Translations under genes and position numbers: made by a program
In this document: positions 59,153-64,000 of the stretch, in pieces
How positions within the stretch are numbered: position 1 is the stretch's first letter
How the letters are laid out: every line of letters begins with the position of its first letter
Source of the DNA: Flectonema sp. DT1601
Lineage: Eukaryota
Assembly (NCBI GenBank): GCA_964019425.1
Contig: OZ025798.1
Coordinates: forward strand, 806,001 to 870,000
Direction of reading: 5' to 3'
DNA length: 64,000 nucleotides
Notes under the pieces: model-generated
The model's input: only the letters and a program-made list of their open reading frames with translations
Told to the model about the DNA's origin: nothing
The model's database searches: none

Positions 59153-62100
59153 ATGGCGGCAAGAACAAGAGAACGAGCACAATCGTTCATTCAAGACGCG
59201 AAGGATGGAGGCGCAAAGGGTAAAGAAGAAGAGAGTCTTCAAAGATGCATGGTCTTTGCAAGATTAAGACCAACAAAAGCTGGAGACATTGACAAGAAAG
59301 AAGGAACTTACAAATTAGTTCACATGAATAAGAAGATTATTCGCTTGGGTGCCGAAGACGATGAATGTGCTAAACAATATAATTTTGATGGTACATTCAA
59401 TCCAGAATGCACACAAGAAGAAGTTTTTCAAATAGTTGCGAAACCTTCTATCGAACACGTCTTAAAAGGGTACACAGCTGCGATTATGGCATACGGGCAA
59501 ACCGGTACTGGAAAGAGTTTCACTATGTCAAACATGAAACCTGGACAGGAAGGTGTTATTCCGAGGTCGGCGGGTTATTTGTTTGATCTGATTGAACAAG
59601 ACACGAAATCAAAATATACTTTATCAGCTCACTTTGTTCAAATCTACCGTGATACCCTTTCAGATCTAATGACAGAAGAAAGTACAACAAAAACAGACAT
59701 TCATTACACTCCTCAAAGCGGTGTTGAAATTACTAATGCAGCAAAGACACCAATCACTAATAAACAAGATTTCTTAGATATGTATCAAACAGGTGATGTC
59801 AGACGTGTCGTAAGAGCTACTAAAATGAACCCAGAATCATCTCGTGGACACACAGCTTTGGTATTATATGTTTGTGTGGAACCAACTGATCCAGACAACA
59901 TGAACTGTGCGACGAAAGGTAAGATTACTTTTATTGATTTAGCGGGATACGAAAGATTTGAAAAAACTGGTTTAAAAGATCCGATTCATAAAGATGAAGC
60001 GAAAAAGATCAACGCCTCTCTACTATCCTTGGGTACGGTCGTGACAGCGCTCTCAGAAAATCTATCTCATATTCCCTGGAGAAATAGTAAGTTAACCAGA
60101 CTGCTGCAAGATTCTATTGGTGGAAAATCAAGAAGTACTATTATGATTACTGTCGGACCATCTTCTTCTCATAATCACGAGACTACTAACTCTTTAGACT
60201 TTGGTAACAGAGCCATGGCTGTAAAGGTTTCAGCAGGATTAAAACAAGAAACTGATTTTAAGAAGTTAGCTGCCAAGCTTCAAGAACTCCTCGATGAGAA
60301 GGAAGAGAAGATATCAAAACTAGAAGTAGCAGCAAAGGTCCGCGAGGCAGAACGTGCTGAACGCGACCGAAGACAAAAGATGGACCTCGCCAGACTACGT
60401 GGAAGACATCAAGAAGAACTCACTAATATAATGAATAATGGAGCTACTCCTGAAGCAATTCAAGCTTTACTAAAACAACACGAAGTAGAAGATGAAAACA
60501 TGGAAGAAATGCAAGTCGGAGAAAGAGAACTCGATGAAGAACGTCACGAAGAAGAAGAGAGAGAACTAGTCGCTGAAATAGAAGCCGAACACAGAGTACG
60601 AGCTCAATCAATGAAGAGAGAAGGATTTGAATCAAAACAAAAAGAATTAGACGCAGCCTACGCGTTAATAGCCCAGCTAAGAGGAGCATCTGGTGGCGAC
60701 ACTGATAATATCGCAAAGGAAATTGCGGAACTTGCTGGCGTGAACCCCGAAGATGCTGCTGCTGCAGCCAGTCCAAAAACCGTAACCTCAGCTGAGGTTG
60801 GAATCCTCCGCCGAGAAGCTGATCAACTCCGATTGGAGTGTGAAACTGAAAAGCAAAATGCTGAGGAGAAGGTTGAAAAAGCTAAAAACGCACTAAAGAA
60901 ATGCGCTGGACTACTGAAAGAGGAAAGAGAAAAGAACAAACGCCTATCCGAAGAAAGTGTCAAGGCAGAAGAGCTGGAAAAGCTTCAAGGTGAAATCGAG
61001 GAAATGAAAAACTCAAAACAACTCGTAACCGAACATCGTGACGAACTTCAAGAAAAGTTAGAGAAAAGTAGAAACTCACAATCTAAGCTGATGATGGATA
61101 AGAAAGAAGTTGTAAAACAAAAAGAGGAATTGGAATCCAACTACAAACAGCAACTGGTAGACTCAACTCTAAAACAGACCGTCTTGGACCAAACACTCAC
61201 AGACATCAATTCCCAAATAGAAGATTTACAAAAACAAATTCAAACTTTGACAGCACAACTCGAAGAAGCAAACGCTGCTAAGGAAGGTATGGCTGTCACT
61301 GATCTTTTCTTTTTTAATAAATTTGTACGACGTCCGGTTCTTTTTTTTATTTATTTATTTTTTTAAAAAATTATATTTTTTGTTTCTTAAATAAGTTTTA
61401 TCATATTCCCACTCCCCAACACCTAACAAACCAAACGCATTCTAGGACTTGAGAAAACAATCACCGATAAAGAGAGTGAACTTACAATATCTGTTGCGGC
61501 TTTAGAAGAAGCTCTCAGCAAATTAACTGCGAACGAATCAAGTCTTACCGAAGAACAAGAATCACGCAGAAAGAGAGAACGAGAGCTGGAAAAGGCAGTA
61601 GAGCAATGCAGAGACGAAACCCGTGACATTGAAAAGAGTCTTCAAAAAGAGGTATGATTCTCGATCACTCTTTTCAAAAAATGAAATCAACACAAACCAA
61701 CATCAACACATACACAGATTGAAGATATCCAAATTTCATGTTCCGGTGAAACTCAGACTTTGAAAGATAAACTGGAAGACCTTCGAAAGTCACTTGAGGG
61801 AACAGAAACTGGTATGTACTTTTTTTGAACCCTGTAACTCTGAATTAAAAAAAAAGTGAAGAAAAAATCGACAAAGAATGACGAAAAAATGGAAAAAAAA
61901 ATAAAAAATTGACCAACGAAAAGAAAGAAGAAAGAAAAAAAGAAGATTATGAGACAAACTACAACACATTCCAACCCTATAGAGAAAGGAGAGCTCGGGA
62001 TTGCTGTTGTGCAGTTACGTTCTGCATTGGAAGAGTCCAACTCTAATCTAGCTGAAGGAGAAAAGCGAGTCAGAGAATTAGTTGAAGGTATGCATCCTAT

Positions 62101-64000
62101 CTCTTTATGTCATCTGCTATAATTATAATTATCTGAAATCGTTTTTTAAATTAAATTAATTTTTCCCAACAGAACTTGACAGTGAGAAAGCAACAGTCAC
62201 CGATTTATCCTCAAAGCTCCACCAACAACGAGAAAACACAATAGTCACTCAAAAAGCTGCTGCGGAAAAGCAAGAAGAAAACGTAGCTCAGGTTTTAGGC
62301 ATCACATTGGAGTTGGGAATTAAAACAAAAACGATAAGCGATTTGGAAGATAAATTAAAGATTCTCGAAGACGATTTGAATGAAGAGATTGAAAGACTTC
62401 GAAAAAAGAACTCACAACTTGAAGAAGACTGCTCCCTTCAAAATAAAGACAGCACTGCAGCTTTTGATGAATTAAAATTACAACGTGACTCTGACCGCGA
62501 AGCACACGACTCCCAACTACAACAGCTAAAGAGTGAACAAACTGCTAAGATCAAATCCATTGAGGAGTCTTGTTCTGAACAGGTTACGGAATTACAAAGA
62601 CAACTCTCTGAAGTAGAAGAACAACTAAAAGTATCTCAAGAAAGTATCACCTCAGCTTCTGAATTACAAATTACGACATCTCAACAGCTGACAGAACTCA
62701 CTGAGAGTTCTGCTGCAACTCTAGCGGCATCAGAAGAACAACAGTCGTCTCTCAAAGATCAGATTGAACAGCTTGAATCTCAACTATCTCAACAAAAAGA
62801 TGAAACTCAAAAAGAACTCAACGACGCAACAGAACAACAAGACACTATTAAACAACAAGTTACTGAGGTTGAGCAAAAACTCTCCGAGTCTGAAGAACAA
62901 TACGCAACGTTGAAGTCAGAGTACAGTCAGCTTGAATCGCGTTTGGATGAGCAGGCCGCTTCCGCTGCAGATGGTTTGTGCGTTTCTTCTCTGGGGAATT
63001 GTGTAATATCAAAAGGAAAAAAAAGAAAGAAAAAAAAAATGAAACGAAAATAAATAAAGACAAGAGCATCACTGTGCGGCAGAGAATGAAAAAAAAAAAA
63101 AAAAAACCAAAAAAAAAAAAAAAAAAAAACGAGACAATAACTTTGCTAGCCTTCACTGCCTTAATAAAATACAACCGCAGAGAGAGGCCAACTCGACGAA
63201 AGCATTCAAGCACATCAGCAACGTGAATCAGAGTTGGAAGAAACTATTAAGTATGTTATTAGTTTTTATTGTTAAGATATATAATCCATGAATCATCTGG
63301 GAGACAATATCAACACAGGAATCACAAGACGAACGAGGAACAATTAACTTCTAAAATTGAAACCCTCGAAGGTCAACTGGCTGAACAACAAGTGGAATCG
63401 ATCGCAAAGAGCGGATTACTCGAAATTAGTATCGCAGATGTTGAATCTAAGAATACGGAATTAGAAAAAAATATTTCTGAACTGACTTTGCAAACTGACC
63501 AACTGACTGCATCAAACGAGGAACTTCAGGGAAAGATTAGGTGTGTACTCATTACTATGTGTTACAATATCTGTTGTAACGATTCTTATTATGAAACAAA
63601 CAAACACAGCGAGTTGGAAGCATCCTCGATAGAATTGTCGAGTCAGTTAGAAGCAGCAAATCACAACAACGCCGATGCTGAAGAACGAGCTACGAAGGCT
63701 TCTGAAGCAACGAATGAAACTACAGCGGAGTTAGCAGCCGCCGCTGAATCAATTGCGCAGTTAACTGAAGGTTAGCATTTTACTCTTGTCTAAAATTTTC
63801 AAAAAGAAAGGAAAAAATGGGGAAAAAAAAAAAAAAAAAAGTAATCTCTAAAAAGGTCTCAAAAAAAAGAAAACAATACGCCAGGCTCAAATAAGAAAAT
63901 AAAAATTAAGAAACAAAAGAACGATAAACAAAACCAATATTCATTATAACTAAATAATAAACAAAAAAAACCACAGATCGTGACAAGTTGTTAGCCGAGG
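59153..64000 (+). CDS. kinesin motor protein with long coiled-coil tail, runs off the window; exons 59153-61286, 61446-61651, 61718-61811, 61983-62087, 62173-62973, 63181-63250, 63319-63540, 63610-63770, 63977->64000
   Basis: AYGQTGTGKSFT P-loop, NPESSRGH, FIDLAGYE and HIPWRNSKLTRLLQDS motifs; eight phase-compatible GT-AG introns keep the coiled-coil frame open. Confidence 0.9.

Overview
AT-rich, gene-dense eukaryotic (protist) DNA. About 29 protein-coding genes all lie on the + strand, with long poly-A/poly-T spacers and pyrimidine-tract/AG signals just upstream of many start codons. This organisation suggests euglenozoan-like (possibly diplonemid) polycistronic transcription with spliced-leader trans-splicing; the taxon is inferred, not proven. 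I could reconstruct 22 short GT-AG cis-introns, most with unusual A/C-rich acceptors. Recognisable genes: RABL6, a G3BP-like NTF2-RRM protein, a DUF3752 protein, a degenerate uracil-DNA glycosylase, ATG7, SDHAF2, prolidase, three GH35 beta-galactosidases and a multi-exon kinesin. The main feature is a tandem array of six membrane pyrophosphatase genes (24.2-43.7 kb). They combine the K+-dependence Ala (GNTTAA) with Glu at 6.53 and Gly at 6.57 (ADLFESYVG), the prokaryotic Na+-PPase pattern rather than the plant/protist H+-PPase pattern. Each also has an extra N-terminal TM/loop module and a copy-specific terminal micro-exon. Other oddities: likely pseudo-enzymes (UNG, one GH35), an in-frame TGA followed by coding-like sequence, an antisense LSU rRNA fragment and a dispersed hairpin repeat.
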